64,000 nucleotides of DNA from contig CM022676.1 in the NCBI GenBank assembly GCA_012295275.1, positions 2,294,001-2,358,000 on the forward strand, given 5' to 3'. Both the position numbers and the translations under genes were made by a program. Every line of letters begins with the position of its first letter. The stretch's first letter is position 1. This document shows positions 13,130 through 26,610 of the stretch, piece by piece. This DNA comes from Chrysomallon squamiferum (lineage: Eukaryota; Animalia; Mollusca). The notes beneath the pieces are model-generated. The model was given only the letters and a program-made list of their open reading frames with translations. It was not told the origin of the DNA and ran no database searches.

Positions 13130-16100
13130 TAAGCAAGTTCATAAATATTCACATAAAGAAGAAATAAAGTAAGTACCTAATAACCTGAGTAATAACAAAA
13201 GTATGTAAGTTCGTAAATAAGTACCAAAGAAAGAAAGTATGCAAGTACGTAAATAATTACCTAAGGAAAGAAGAAAGTAAGTACATTAATAATTACCAAA
13301 GACAGAAAGAAATTAGGAAGTGGGTAAATAATCAGGAAGTAGGTAAGAATGTAAGTTAGTCTGTAAATATCTACCTAAGTAAGTAAGAAAGAAAGTACAA
13401 ATAATTAAGTAGGAGAAAGAAGGAAAATAATTACCTAAGTAATAAAGCAAGTAAGAAGGAAAATAATTACCTAAGCAAGAAGGAAAGTAAGAAAGTACGT
13501 AAATAAATTCCTATGTAAGAATGAACGTAAGTAAGTACTTAAATCATTACCTAAGTAAGAAAGAAAGTACGTAAATAATTATGTAGGTAGGTGAAAATGC
13601 AAGTACGTAAATAATTACCTAGGAAAAGAGGAAAGAAAGTAGGTACTTGAATAATTACCTATGTAAATGCGTAAATAATTACCAAATTAAGTAAAAAAGA
13701 AAGTAAGTAAGAACATAATTAATTACCGAAGTAGAAAACTAAGTAAGAACGTAAATATACACCTAAGTAAATAACAAAACAAGTAAGTACGTAAATAATT
13801 ACATATGTAAGAAATAAAGTTGGTAAGTAAGTAAGTAAATAATTACGTAACTAAGCAAGGAAGTATGTTCATATATAATTACCTAAGTAAACAAGAAAGT
13901 AAGTAAGTACGAAAAACAATTACCTAAATAAGAAATAAAGTAAGTAAATAAGAAAGCAAGTAAGTACGTAAACAATAGTCTAAGTAAGCAACAAAGCTAG
14001 TTAGTAGGCAAATAATTACCTAAGTAAGTAAGAAAGGAAGTATGTTCGTAAATAATTAGCTAAGAAATAAAAAGCGTTCGTAAATAATTACCAAAGTATG
14101 TAAGAAAGAAAAGAGGTACGTAAACAATTTTCAAAACAAGTTAGTAGGTAAATAGTTACCAAAATAAAAACGAAAGGAAGAATGTTCGTAATTAATTACC
14201 TAAGTAAGTAAGAAAGGAAGTATTTTCCTAAATAATTACCTAAATAAGTAAGGAAGTAAGTAAGTACGTAAATAATTAGTTAAGAAAAAAGAACGTAAGA
14301 AAGAACGTAAATAAATACCTAAGTAAGAAATAAAGTAAGTAAGTAAGAATAAAATTACCTAAGTAAGTAAGAAAGAATGTAAGCACGGAAACAATTACCC
14401 GAGTAACTAAAAAAGTAAGTAAGAACATAAAACATTACCTAAGTACATAATAATGCAAGAACATCAACAATTATCTAAGTAAGAATGTAATTATCTACAT
14501 AAATAATCTCCTTAGTTAGCAAAGAAGGGAGTAATTAAGTAAATAGTAACCTGAGTAAGTGAGAATATAAGAAAGAACATTAAGAATTATCTGAGCAAGT
14601 AAGAAAGTAAGTATGTACGTAAATAATGACCTAAGTAAGGAAGGAATCGAGTAAGAAAGTAAGTGAGAATGCAAGTTAGTACATTAACAATTTTCTAAGT
14701 AAGAAAGTAAGTACGTAAATAATGACCTAAGTAAGGAAGCGAGTAAGTAAGTAAATAGTAAGCTAAGTAAGAGAGAATGCAAGTAACTGCATTGGCAATT
14801 TTCTAACTAAGAAAGAAAGTAAGTAAGAACGTAAATAATGACCTAAGTAAGAAAAGAAGCAAGTAACTAATTAAGTGAGAATGCTAGTAAGTATATTAAC
14901 AATTATCTGAGTAAGAAAGAAAGTAAGTTCATAAATAATGACCTATGTAAGCAAGGAAGCCAGTAACTAAGGAAATGAGAATGTAAGTATGTACATCAAG
15001 AATTATCTAAATAAGAATGTAAGTAACTATGTAAATAATGACCTTAGTTAGCAAGGAAGCGAGTCAGTAAGTAAATACTAAGCTAAGTAAGTGAGAATGT
15101 AAGTAATTACATTACCAATTATATAAGTAAGAAAGAATGTAAGAACGTAAATAATAAGCTAAGTTAGCAAAGAAGCAAACTAAGTAAGTGAGAATGTAAG
15201 TAACGACATTAAGAATTAGCTAAGAAAGAATGTAAGTAAGCAAGGAAGCGAGTAAGTAAGTAAATATTAAACTAAGAAAGTGAGAATATAAGTAAGTATA
15301 TTAACAATTATCTAAGTAAGAAAGAAAGTAAGTATGTACGTAAATAATGGCCTATGTAAGCAGGGAAGAAGGTATCTAAGTAAGTGAGAATGTAAGTAAG
15401 TACACTAAGAATTATCTAAGTAAGAAAGTACCTAAGTACGTAAATAATAACCTGTTAGCAAGGAAGCGAGTAAGTAAGTGAATAGCAACCTAAGTAAGTG
15501 AGAATTTAAGTAAATACCTTAGCAATTATCTAATTAAGACAGAAAGTAAGGAATTACGTAAATAATTACCTTACAAAGCAAGGAAGCAAGCAAGTAAGCA
15601 AGTTTAAAAATTATCTAAGAAAGAAAGTATGTAGTTACATGAATAATGACCTAAGTTAGGAGGAAAGAGAGTAAGTAAGTGAATAGTAAACTAAGTGAGT
15701 GAGAATTGAAGTAAGTACATTAACAATTATCTAAGTAAGAATACAAGTAACTGCGTAAATAATGACGTATGTTAGCAAGAAAGCGAGTGAGTAAGCAAGT
15801 AGTAAGCTAAGTAAGTGAGAATGTAAGTAATTACGTTAACAATTTTCTAAGTAACAATGTATTTATCTATATAAATAATGACCTTAGTTAGCAAGGAAGC
15901 GAGTAATTAAGTAAATAGTAACCTAAGTAAGTTAGAATATAAGTAAGAACATTAACAATTATCTAAGTAAGAAAGAAAGTAAGTATTTACGTAAATAATG
16001 ATCTAAGTAAGGAAGCGAGTAAGTAAGTAAATAGCAAACTAAGTAAGTGAGAGTGTAAGTAATTACAGTAGCAATTATATAAGTAAGAAAGAAAGTATGT

Positions 16101-18112
16101 AAGAACGTAAATAATGACCTAAGTAAGCAAGAAAGCAAGTAACTAAGTAAGGGAGAATGTAAGTAAGTACTTTGAAAATTTTCTAAGGAATAAAGTATTT
16201 AGTTACGTGAATAATGACCTAAGTTAGGAAGAAAGAGAGTAAGTAAGTGAATAGTAACCTGAGTGAGTGAGAATGTAAGTAAGTACATTAACAATTATCT
16301 AAGTAAGAGAGAAAGTAAGTAAGTAATTAAATAATGATCTAAGTAAGCAACGAAGCAAGTAACTAAGGAATTGAGAATGCAACTAAGTACATTAACATTT
16401 ATTTAAGAAAGAAAGTACGTAAATAATGACCTAAGTTAGCAAGGAAGCGAGTAAGTAAGTAAATACTAAACTAAGTAACTGAGAATGTAAGGAAATACAT
16501 TAGCAATTATCTAAGTAAGTCAGGAAGTAAGTAAGTACGTAAATAATGACCTAAGTAAGCAAGTAAGAAGTAACTAAGGAAATGAGAATGCAAGTTAGTA
16601 TATTAACAATTATCTAAGTAAGAAAGTAAGTAAGTACGTAAATAATGACCTAAGTAAGGAAGCGAGTAAGTAAGTAAGTAGTAAGCTAAGTAAGTGAGAT
16701 TGTAAGTAATTACATTAGCAATTATATATGTAAAAAAGAAGTATGTAAGAACGTAAATAATGACGTAAGTAAGGAAGAAAGCAAGTAACTAAGTAAGGCA
16801 GAATGCAAGTAATTGCATTGGCAATTATCTAAGTAAGAAGGAAAGTAAGTAAGAACGTAAATAATGACCTAAGTAATGAAGAAAGCAAGTAACTAAGTAA
16901 GTGAGAATGCTAGTAAGTATATTAACAATTATCTAAGTAAGAAAGAAAGTAAGTACGTAAATAATGACATATGTAAGCAAGGAAGCCAGTAACTAAGGAA
17001 ATGAGAATGTAAATATGTACATTAACAATTATCTACATAAGAATGTAAGTAACTACGTAAATAATGACCTTACTTAGCAATGAAGCGATTCAGTAAGTAA
17101 ATAGTAAGCTAAGTAAGTGAGAATGTAAGTAATTACATTAGCAATTATATAAGTAAGAAAGACAGTATGTAAGGACGTACATAATAAGCTAAGTTAGCAA
17201 AGAAGCAAACGAAATAAGTGACAATGTAAGTAATTACATTAAAAATTAGCTAAGAAAGAATGTCAGTAAGGAAGGAAGGGAGTAAGTAAGTAAATAGTAA
17301 CCTGATTGAGATTGTATGTAAGTATATTACCCATTATGTAAGTAAGTCTGCAAGTAACTACGTAGATAATGACCTTAGTTGGCAAGGAAAGGAGTAAGTA
17401 AGTAAATAGTAACCAAAGAAAGTGAGAATATAAGTAACTATATTAACATTTATCTAAATAAGAAAGAAAGTAAGTATGTACGTAAATAATGACCTATCTA
17501 AGCAGCGAAGCAGGTAATTAAGTAAGTGAGAATGTAAGTAAGTACACTAAGAATTATCTAAGTAAGAGATGTACGTAAATAATAACCTAAGTTAGCAAGG
17601 AATCGAGTAAGTAAGTGAAAAGCAACCTAAGTAAGTGTGAATGTAAGTAAATACATTAGCAATTATCTAGTTAAGACAGAAAGTAAGTAAGTACGTAAAT
17701 AATGACCTTAGAAAGCAAGGAAGCAAGTAACTCAGGAAATGAGAATGTAAGTATATACATTAACAATTATCTAAATAAGAACACAAGTAACTGCGTAAAT
17801 AATGATGGAAGTTAGCAAGGAAGCGCGTGAGTAAGTACATAGTAAGCTAAGTAAGTGAGAATGTAAATAATTACATTAACAATTATCTAAGAAAGAACGA
17901 AAGTAAGTAAGTACCTAAATGATGACCTCAATAAGCAAGAAAGCAAGTAAGTAAGTGAGAATGCAAGTAATGACTTTAAAAATTATCTAACGAAGAAAGT
18001 ATGTAGTTACATGACTAATGACCTAAGTAGTGAAGAAAGAGAGTAAGTAAAGGAATAGTAACCTAAGTGAGTGAGAATGTAAGTAAGTACATTAACAATT
18101 ATCTAAGTAAAA
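13130..18112 (+). repeat. GTAAGT/TAAG-rich degenerate satellite (~35-40-bp monomer, ~95-115-bp higher-order unit)
   Basis: Recurrent GTAAGTACGTAAATAAT(T/G)ACCTAAGTAAG and GTGAGAATGTAAGTAAGTACATTAACAATTATCTAAG; ends at the assembly gap. Confidence 0.93.
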
Positions 18113-18312
18113 NNNNNNNNNNNNNNNNNNNNNNNNNNNNNNNNNNNNNNNNNNNNNNNNNNNNNNNNNNNNNNNNNNNNNNNNNNNNNNNNNNNNNNNN
18201 NNNNNNNNNNNNNNNNNNNNNNNNNNNNNNNNNNNNNNNNNNNNNNNNNNNNNNNNNNNNNNNNNNNNNNNNNNNNNNNNNNNNNNNNNNNNNNNNNNNN
18301 NNNNNNNNNNNN
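18113..18312. other. Assembly gap (200 N)
   Basis: Run of N. Confidence 1.
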
Positions 18313-19718
18313 CTACACCAGCCATGATATAGAACTTTAAACAGAGGTCTGAGTAAAGACTTTTATTCAGCTAGATAAACTGTATGATCTTAATATTTTA
18401 AAACAGCCAGACACTTAGAAACAAGCAGCTAAATATGCCACAGCATTAATTATAAGTCTGAGACTGTGACCAATACAAGCATGCTTGAACACATGTATGC
18501 TGGGAAAGCATGGCTAAAAATTACCCACATCCAATGATTAGCAATACTGAATTGTATTATTGTAAATAAAGCTAATTTAAAAAGGAGATTTTGAAGTCAG
18601 TACTTTTAACAAAAGTATTAAAGTATAAGTTTAATGTAATAACAAATTTTTCATTTTTATTTTAGGAGTAAAGGATGAGATGAGACATAACAGTATGAAA
18701 GACTCGAACCACGTGACAGTTATTTAACTAATCTATAAATACACATCATGTATTCATATACAATTACCTATTAATATAATAATAATTAACAGTTTTATAG
18801 CTAAATAGTAAAATAATATAAAAAATTATGTAAATTTTCAAACTGGACTTTATCAGAAAAATTATATTTATCACCAATACAAATATTATAATTATAATAA
18901 TTATTTTTATTAAAATCAATTAGTGATTTTGCAAAATAAGATTTCAGTTTTTTTTTTATTAAAACCAGTGGAAGGGGAACTCAGGTTACATGAATGATTA
19001 GCGCAAGGTTAGGGCTAACAATGTGATTATGTTACTTACTGCTTGATGGTGTTGTTTCTGTTCATGTTGATTCTAATATAAACACATTAATATGAATAAA
19101 ATAAATAGTGTTTATGAATTAAACTTTAGTATAGTAAAAACAAGTGAAGTGGAGAAAATACATTTTAAAAAAGAAAATTAGAAATATCCAATAAATAATA
19201 ATATTAATAATAAAATTATTATTACTGTAAAATCAAAGGACAAGGTGATGCAAAATGTGTAATCTGATTACTAAAACTAGACAAGTAACAATAATATCTA
19301 ATTTACAATCTATAATTGCAGATAATAAATCAGAAATATAATCATATCAAATGTAAACATTCTGGTCCGTCTCATCAAAATGACCATCCAGGATATTCCA
19401 CAACAAAACATACTGACAGAGCAGGCCAACAATTGGTAATTTCTGGGCTCAAACCATACATATTCAACATATGTATTGGTGAAACTTTACATATATAAAA
19501 ACCAGGTATATAATAGTAATAGTGATGCTCTATCATCTATTGAAGAAGGAAAGAAAGAATGAAAGACCAATAAATTTGTTTCAAAGTTTTTCACAATTTT
19601 ATTTAATATATTTTAATCTGTCATGGAAGTTCTTACTGCAAACATTATATTCAAAACTGTTAAAAAGTTTTATAAAAGGTTTTTAAGTAAAATAAAAAAG
19701 CAGATTTGGATTTATGTC

Positions 19719-19722
<4 letters not shown>

Positions 19723-19772
<50 letters not shown>
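19723..19772. repeat. (TG)n microsatellite
   Basis: Perfect run. Confidence 0.97.
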
Positions 19773-19777
<5 letters not shown>

Positions 19778-20427
19778 CAGGCATTAAGCTGTAACTTTAT
19801 CTATGTTAATAAGCATATTACTCAGTGTGGAACTAAAACAGTCAACATAGTATAAACTTCTTTTTAAAGCTTTTATTTTTTGCTATATCAGAATTAGAAG
19901 ATAGAAATAAAGCTATTCCTTGATTAGTTAAGCAGAATCCACAAACAATCACTGGCATCTAGAAATTATCTGAAATAATGAAGAACGTAGCTAAGTGTAC
20001 TGAGCTGAAGAAAAAAAAAAGTCTGGAATAAAAAAGAAATTAATTTTGAAACTACTTCATTTGTTTATAATTTGATTTTCACATCAATAGTAGTAATATG
20101 TTTTGTTTTCTGTTGATCAACATTATTGTGATTCTGTCTGGTTGGATGTTGGCTCTCTGCTGTATTGTTGCTCACGTCAGTTTTATTCAGTGAATCAGTG
20201 ACTGACTGTTGACAAACTTCAGATCTTGTGTGTTCTTCACAGACATCTTTACTGACTGGGTTGATTCGCAGGTTTTACATTTGTCTGATTATATGAGTAA
20301 TCTTCAGAACTTTCATTATCTTCATCACTTCCATGGTTCCCAGACATATTGTTTGAAGATTAATTACCAATACATAAAAATCACGCCTACTCTTATTTTC
20401 AATGGTAATGTTAGAAAATCAATTATA

Positions 20428-20532
20428 ACTACAGCAATGGCAGTTACAGCAGTTTTGTTACATTCACAATCGATGATATTTTCTTTTTCAGTCGATGTGA
20501 CACCGGCTTGGAAAGCAACGTTAAATATGTTC
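20428..20532 (-). pseudogene. Broken stalk/TM exon of copy B
   Basis: Acceptor AG>AT (20533-20534), frameshifting internal deletion; [16 protein letters not shown] is then fused to intron-2-like sequence; no homologous tail exon follows. Confidence 0.8.
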
Positions 20533-21878
20533 ATATAATTAATGATTATAAACCAAGTCAATATCATCCATGATTACATCGAATATACTATCACAATAAT
20601 TGACTGATATAATTGTTTAGTCCATGTATTCAAATTAATTTTCAACTTAAAGGTAAACACAATCAACTTTACTGTAAAGATGTGTTGATAAAATAATTAT
20701 TTAAGACATTACATATATAGTGTGTATTATCTATATTTTTATAGCTATCCTCATTATTACATCTAAATCTTCTAAAGCTTACAAAGCAGTATAAACCACG
20801 AGTTTCAAACTTGTAAAGATATCGGCATCAAATATCATAAAATAAAAATATCGTAGTATCTATAATGCAGACTAAAAATACAAAAAAATTTCATATTACT
20901 ATTAATACCAAGACTTACTTTCAGTGTAAAATAAACATAGTGTCTATATAAAAAAAATGAAAAATAATAATAATAATAAAAAATTTAAAAATTAACATGG
21001 GAAAATTTACAAATATACTTCCTCGATTGATGAGCTTTTCTGTAATACAAAAACACAAAAAAAAAGTTGAGAAATAAACAATTATGAAAATTATTTTACT
21101 TGCTCAGGTAAATGTTAAAATGTTTATGTTGTAACATACATAATTGTGCACGATTAAAACACTACACAAATATAAATCATTTCACAATTATCTTTACCCG
21201 ATGAATAACACAGCAATAATTAGAGTGATTTGTATGATATTATTTATAAGTCAGCACCAATTGAAATATAATTCTGTATGATCTACTCTCCTGGTACGTT
21301 CGAGTTACATTTTAAACTGAAATGAGTCAGTATTAACATTGTTTATACATAAACAAGACGGTACTTATCATTTATAAAAAAGAAACATGAGATTTAGAAA
21401 TAAAATAATTATTACTTTTATATTGATACAGCATACAAGCAAACAGGAAAACAGAAACACATGCAGAAGTGCATAGATGACGTGAAAGCTGAATACTGCA
21501 GAAAGATGCTTAGCTACAGTGATTAACAGAAAAATGGAAAGAAAGTAACGCAATAGACTTGAGTGCAGTGCTAATACACTGACTGTTCATAGTGTGTGTT
21601 TCAACACATCAAGTAGCCTATTCGTGTTGGGTGACTGAAAGATAATAAATCATTATTTACGTAATCCAATAAGCTGGCTTCTACAAGAAATGACAAAACA
21701 CGGAGATTAACAACTTAAAACATGACATAACATCAACATGATGGCTGTCGTTTTCTTCCGTTAAATCATTTCAATTCAGTTGCCTTCTTAAAACAATGTT
21801 GTTATACGTTACATATAACAATGGTTTCCTCATACAGCAATGATTTTCATTCTAAAACCAAATAAATTGAAATCTTAC

Positions 21879-24092
21879 TTTCAGTATTGATGGTAAAGTT
21901 TGCAGAATACAACTCAGTGTTACCCACAATGCATCTGAACATTCGTGCGTTGTCAGTGAGAGATACAGTGTGATTTAAAACAGAACTTCCTCTGTTCTCA
22001 CACCCAGATAGTGTAGGTGGGTCATCTTTGATTCTGTCTGTATATGGGTACGGCATCCACTGCATGTCAGCAGCGTACTTCCACTGCCACGACCACGACT
22101 GTGCTGGGTTACCAACATTTCCATTACACCTGAACTCTACAGTTTCACTGACAACATAGGGGCTGAACTCCTTTCTTGGTGTAACGATCATTTCGATTTC
22201 ACCTGGTTTTGCTGAAATATAAAAACACGAAATAAATAAACACTGCTTTTTTTCTGTAATTTAGTTCAATTATATATATATATAGACAGTTAGATACTTA
22301 GACGAAATTTGTATTATATACAAATATACTTTTTTCGATTAATTTTGAAAAGTAATTGTTTCTGTTGAACATTTTCTTTCTCGCTTATTTACTTAGATAT
22401 TTTTACACAAGTACAAATAGGAGACATAAATCACATGAACATTTCATTTATCTGAAATGGCATCTTCACTTACTTTCTCTAGTAATGTTCTATAATCAGT
22501 AATAAAAGAAGTGAATTCACCCAAATACGTCGACAACTAATATTATATAAAACCAAGTTTTAACTTACTTTCGTTGGTAGTGTTATATAATCAACAACAC
22601 AAGCAATGAAATTCTCTAAATGCACGACAACTCATAAAAATAAATCATGTTTTCACTTACTTAGTATGTTGATGTTTTCAGAACTTTGAGACAAATGTGG
22701 AGGACCATCAAGTGTGTTATAGCCAATTACACAGAAATATTCTCCTGAATCACTGCAAGTCATTCCTGTCAGTTGAATCTGGATAAAAGATCCTGATTTG
22801 TCATTGTTGTCAGACTTTCCTGTCACTGTCGCTCTAGATCCAAAGTTATTTACGTCTTTTAAAACAGCTTTACCTCCATTCATTAGTGTGACAGCAGAAG
22901 CTATCATAACACTAGTACTGGGATTGCTGAGAAGTCTTCTCCTCACTGTTACAGAACTAAGTGTATCAACATCACTGATAATGTTACCAAGACTACATCT
23001 GACTGTCACAGGAACTCCTTCATAAACAGGACTTGGGCTGATTGTGAGTTGTGCGGCTTCACCTGTAAATAAACATGAACAAAGAAATAAATTAAAAATG
23101 TAATAAACGTTTTCAATGTCAATGTTATATATTTCTTAATCTGAATAATACGTTTTTCATATAAATCAGAAGAAAACATTAATTTTAATTTAATGAGTTT
23201 GCTTCCATATTTCAAATATTTCATCACATATTGTAGCGCAATTGAAGAATTTTTCTATGTCAAATTCATAGAATAATAGATTAGTAATGTATTTAAATAA
23301 ATTTAAACCACTAAGTTTGAAAAAAAAAAAAAATGAAACAATAATATTCTCAAGAGATTATTTAAAATGCAAAAGATTAATAATAGAATAAGAACATTTT
23401 TCGAAATAAAATGTAAATAAAAACACAGTATTTAAGAGGAAAGTATAATTGACGGGAGTAATATGATTATATTTTCAAACACACGGATACACTCAGATAG
23501 AAAGCAGGACAGACAGACAGGCAGAGAGAGAGACACAGCCATGCACACAATACAAATAGATTTCATTTATGTTTCAAAAATAAATTATATAATGTAACGG
23601 TCTGAATGTAGATATAAATATACTGCAATATCAGTCAGATAACATCGCATGTACATCAAGCAGCTATATTTTGATAAAGATAATCAGTTACAAATAAAAA
23701 ACAACCACTCGAGAACTATAAATATATGACACCCAACACTGGATTTATCCAAACTAAAAATCACTTATAAACCTGTTTATAAAATACTTGTATTTAGAGC
23801 TAAACAAAAACAGTTGAAGTCAATGTTAAACTTGTTAATAAAATAACAGTCATTGTTGTGGACATCGTTAAACAATCTAAGAACAACGTAAATGAAGAAA
23901 TGTAACACTAAGAGATAAAAAAGAAATCAGTTCAAAAACCTATTTATAAAATACTTCATCGTCTCATCGATATGTCTGTGAAAGACAAGTGTTATAGTTA
24001 TTAAGACATAAAAAAATAAAAAATAAATAGAACTTACCAGTTGAAGTCAATGTTAAACTTGTTAATAAAATAACAGTGATTACTGTGGACAT
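21879..24092 (-). CDS. IgSF copy B: intact signal peptide + V-like + C2-like exons, likely a secreted two-Ig protein
   Basis: Exons 24092-24038 (MSTVITVILLTSLTLTSTG), 23062-22661 (402 nt), 22211-21879 (333 nt); all GT-AG, phase 1, no stops. Confidence 0.8.
23811..23865 (-). pseudogene. Duplicated signal-peptide exon lacking its splice donor
   Basis: MSTTMTVILLTSLTLTST is followed by GTTTTTG instead of G|GTAAGT; tandem copy of the 24038-24092 region. Confidence 0.75.
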
Positions 24093-24177
24093 GGTTAAAA
24101 AAATCTAAGAAAAACGGAAACGAAGACGTGTAACAGCGAGCTATATCTTAATTGCTTTATACCGGATGTAAATTACG

Positions 24178-24189
24178 GGTCATGTGACC
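24178..24189. promoter_or_regulatory. M-box/E-box-like element GGTCATGTGACC upstream of copy B
   Basis: 86 bp upstream of the ATG, homologous to 8940-8951. Confidence 0.45.
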
Positions 24190-24515
24190 GGTGACATAAA
24201 GAAACTATACCCTCTGTGATTGTTGTCTCCCCTAGTCTACTGTAAAATCTAAGAAATAAAATCTGCGATTAAAGCACTGACTTAGTTTTTTTAACTGTAA
24301 ATAATCTTTATAAACTGTTGAATGGTCTGCACATATCGAGACAGTTGTTGCACACTCAACAGGAGATGTTATTGTTTTATTTTAAATACAAGGCGCTAGT
24401 CAAGCACTGGAAGAAAGCAGATACGAAATAACATGAAAATGAAAGAGAGAATACACAAATGGAAGGGGAGAAGAAAGTATAAGAAAGGAGAAAGAGAAGA
24501 AAACAGAATTTAGAA

Positions 24516-24679
24516 CATATAATCTATTTATGCTTTATAAATATTATAAATAATTACTTTTGTCCACTGTTAAAGATTTTCCTGTCTAATTATAAATAAC
24601 TATCTCACAATCCTTTGTAAAACATTTCACATTTAAATAAACTTTAAGATTAAATTTATTAAACAACAATAACAATGAA

Positions 24680-24759
<80 letters not shown>

Positions 24760-26516
24760 AGTAAATGCACTTCACAGGTATTTATAGTATAAAAATATTA
24801 AAAGTAAGATTTTATTAATTCATATAAATAAAGGCTGCTTTCATTTTAGTAGCTTGATATTTTATTTAAAATTAAGAAGGTTATAAGGGTAGAATATTAC
24901 GTTAGCTAGTTGAATAATTAAAGCAGTGCGTTTAATCTAATTTAAGCACGAATTAAATCTCTAATAAGATTGGCAAAGAGTTAATAAATTAAGAAGTTAA
25001 TATATTCTGTTAAACAAAATAACCAACACACTGAAGAATGATAAGAACATGAAAGGGGAAATAACTGTCGACGAAGCTTTTAAAACAATTCGTAAAATAA
25101 TTCTTGAGGAAGCTTTCAAAACAATTCGTTTTTTCTTTTTTTTTCCTTTATTCATTGCGCTGATTTGTTGTTCCCTTTATTTTGTATAAGTGCAGTGTTG
25201 GGTGTCATATATTTATAGTTCTGCAGTGGTTGTTTTATATTTATAGCTGAGTATCTTTATCAGGTATCTGTGTCAGGTACATGCGATGTTATCTGATTGA
25301 TGCTGCAGAATACTAATATACATATTCAGACGGTTTCATTATATAATTTATTTTTGAAATATATAAATACTCAGTAGTAATAAATATTCAGGCTTTCTTT
25401 CAGTGAATTTGCTAGTGGGGGTATTCTTCTGTGAAAGTGTTTTTTAATTCTCATAAACTATAGGATTACTTAAGAGAGAAGACTGCAATACAGATATATA
25501 GTAACACAATTACAGTGCTCATCCGGATCACTCAGGGGTTTGTTCACAATAGATTAACGTTGGCTGGACGAGAGTTTCAAATGGTGCCGGTTTTCTATAA
25601 GTAATTGTTTAAAGGGTCGTGAAAAAGCAACCAGAGAGAGCTCAGTGAAGGAAGATATGTAGGACAGACACACAGACAGAGAGTAAGTAGACTTACACGA
25701 AGATGACAACGCCGACTACCACGAGTAGCATGGAACAGACTGAGTGAACAGCAGGTACGGCATCTGTGGGCTTGGAAATAGCCGGTTCACCTAATTCAAT
25801 AATACATGATAATGAGGCAAGTCAACATGTTCAACGTATTAGACACAATATGTGACTGTAAAAAAAAGATGTACGTTGGAATTCGTGGCGAAGATTAAAA
25901 TGTTCAAGTATATTTTAAAAATGATTTAGATAAATTGCAGAAATATTGTTTTCGTTATGTTATTTTCATGGTATTGATTAAGTACTTTTATTTAATTATA
26001 GTGATAGATATATTATATAGATTCAATCTAATATAATACACACATACATACATACATAGATAGATAGATAGACTGATAGATAGATACATTGATGGAGAGA
26101 CAGACAGACAGACTGAGAGACACACAGACAGACAGAAGATAAAAGTCTATATTATAACGAATCTTATGTCATAATCAAATAAATTAAACACTCATGACAA
26201 TTTCAGTTTCAGTGGTATTTATAAATGATTAAGCCAATCTGTTACCTCATCAGCATGAAATAAGACAAAATTAAAATAAAATATTGCAAAACAGCAACAG
26301 AAAAGCTATTATCAAGATTTACGATAAGTGTTAATTGTTATTTATTTATAGTCATATAATCTATTTATGCTTTATAAATATTATAAATAATTACTTTTGT
26401 CCACTGTTAAAGATTTTCCTGTCTAATTATAAATAACTATCTCACAATCCTTTGTAAAACATTTCACATTTAAATAGACTTTAAGATTAAATTTATTAAA
26501 CAACAATAACAATGAA

Positions 26517-26610
<94 letters not shown>

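Noticed and set aside
18067-18327. ORFs spanning the N run
   Set aside because: Gap artefact
19316-19506. Exon-like block (TTGCAG...CCAG|GTAT) after the gap
   Set aside because: Stops in all three frames before the donor and no recognisable homology
21368-21553. Hydrophobic [15 protein letters not shown]... repeated at 46139, 61434 and 63222
   Set aside because: Starts at TTG, lies inside intron 3, is not in frame with the nearby acceptor, and is conserved only as part of recent duplications; a decayed GPI/TM exon cannot be fully excluded
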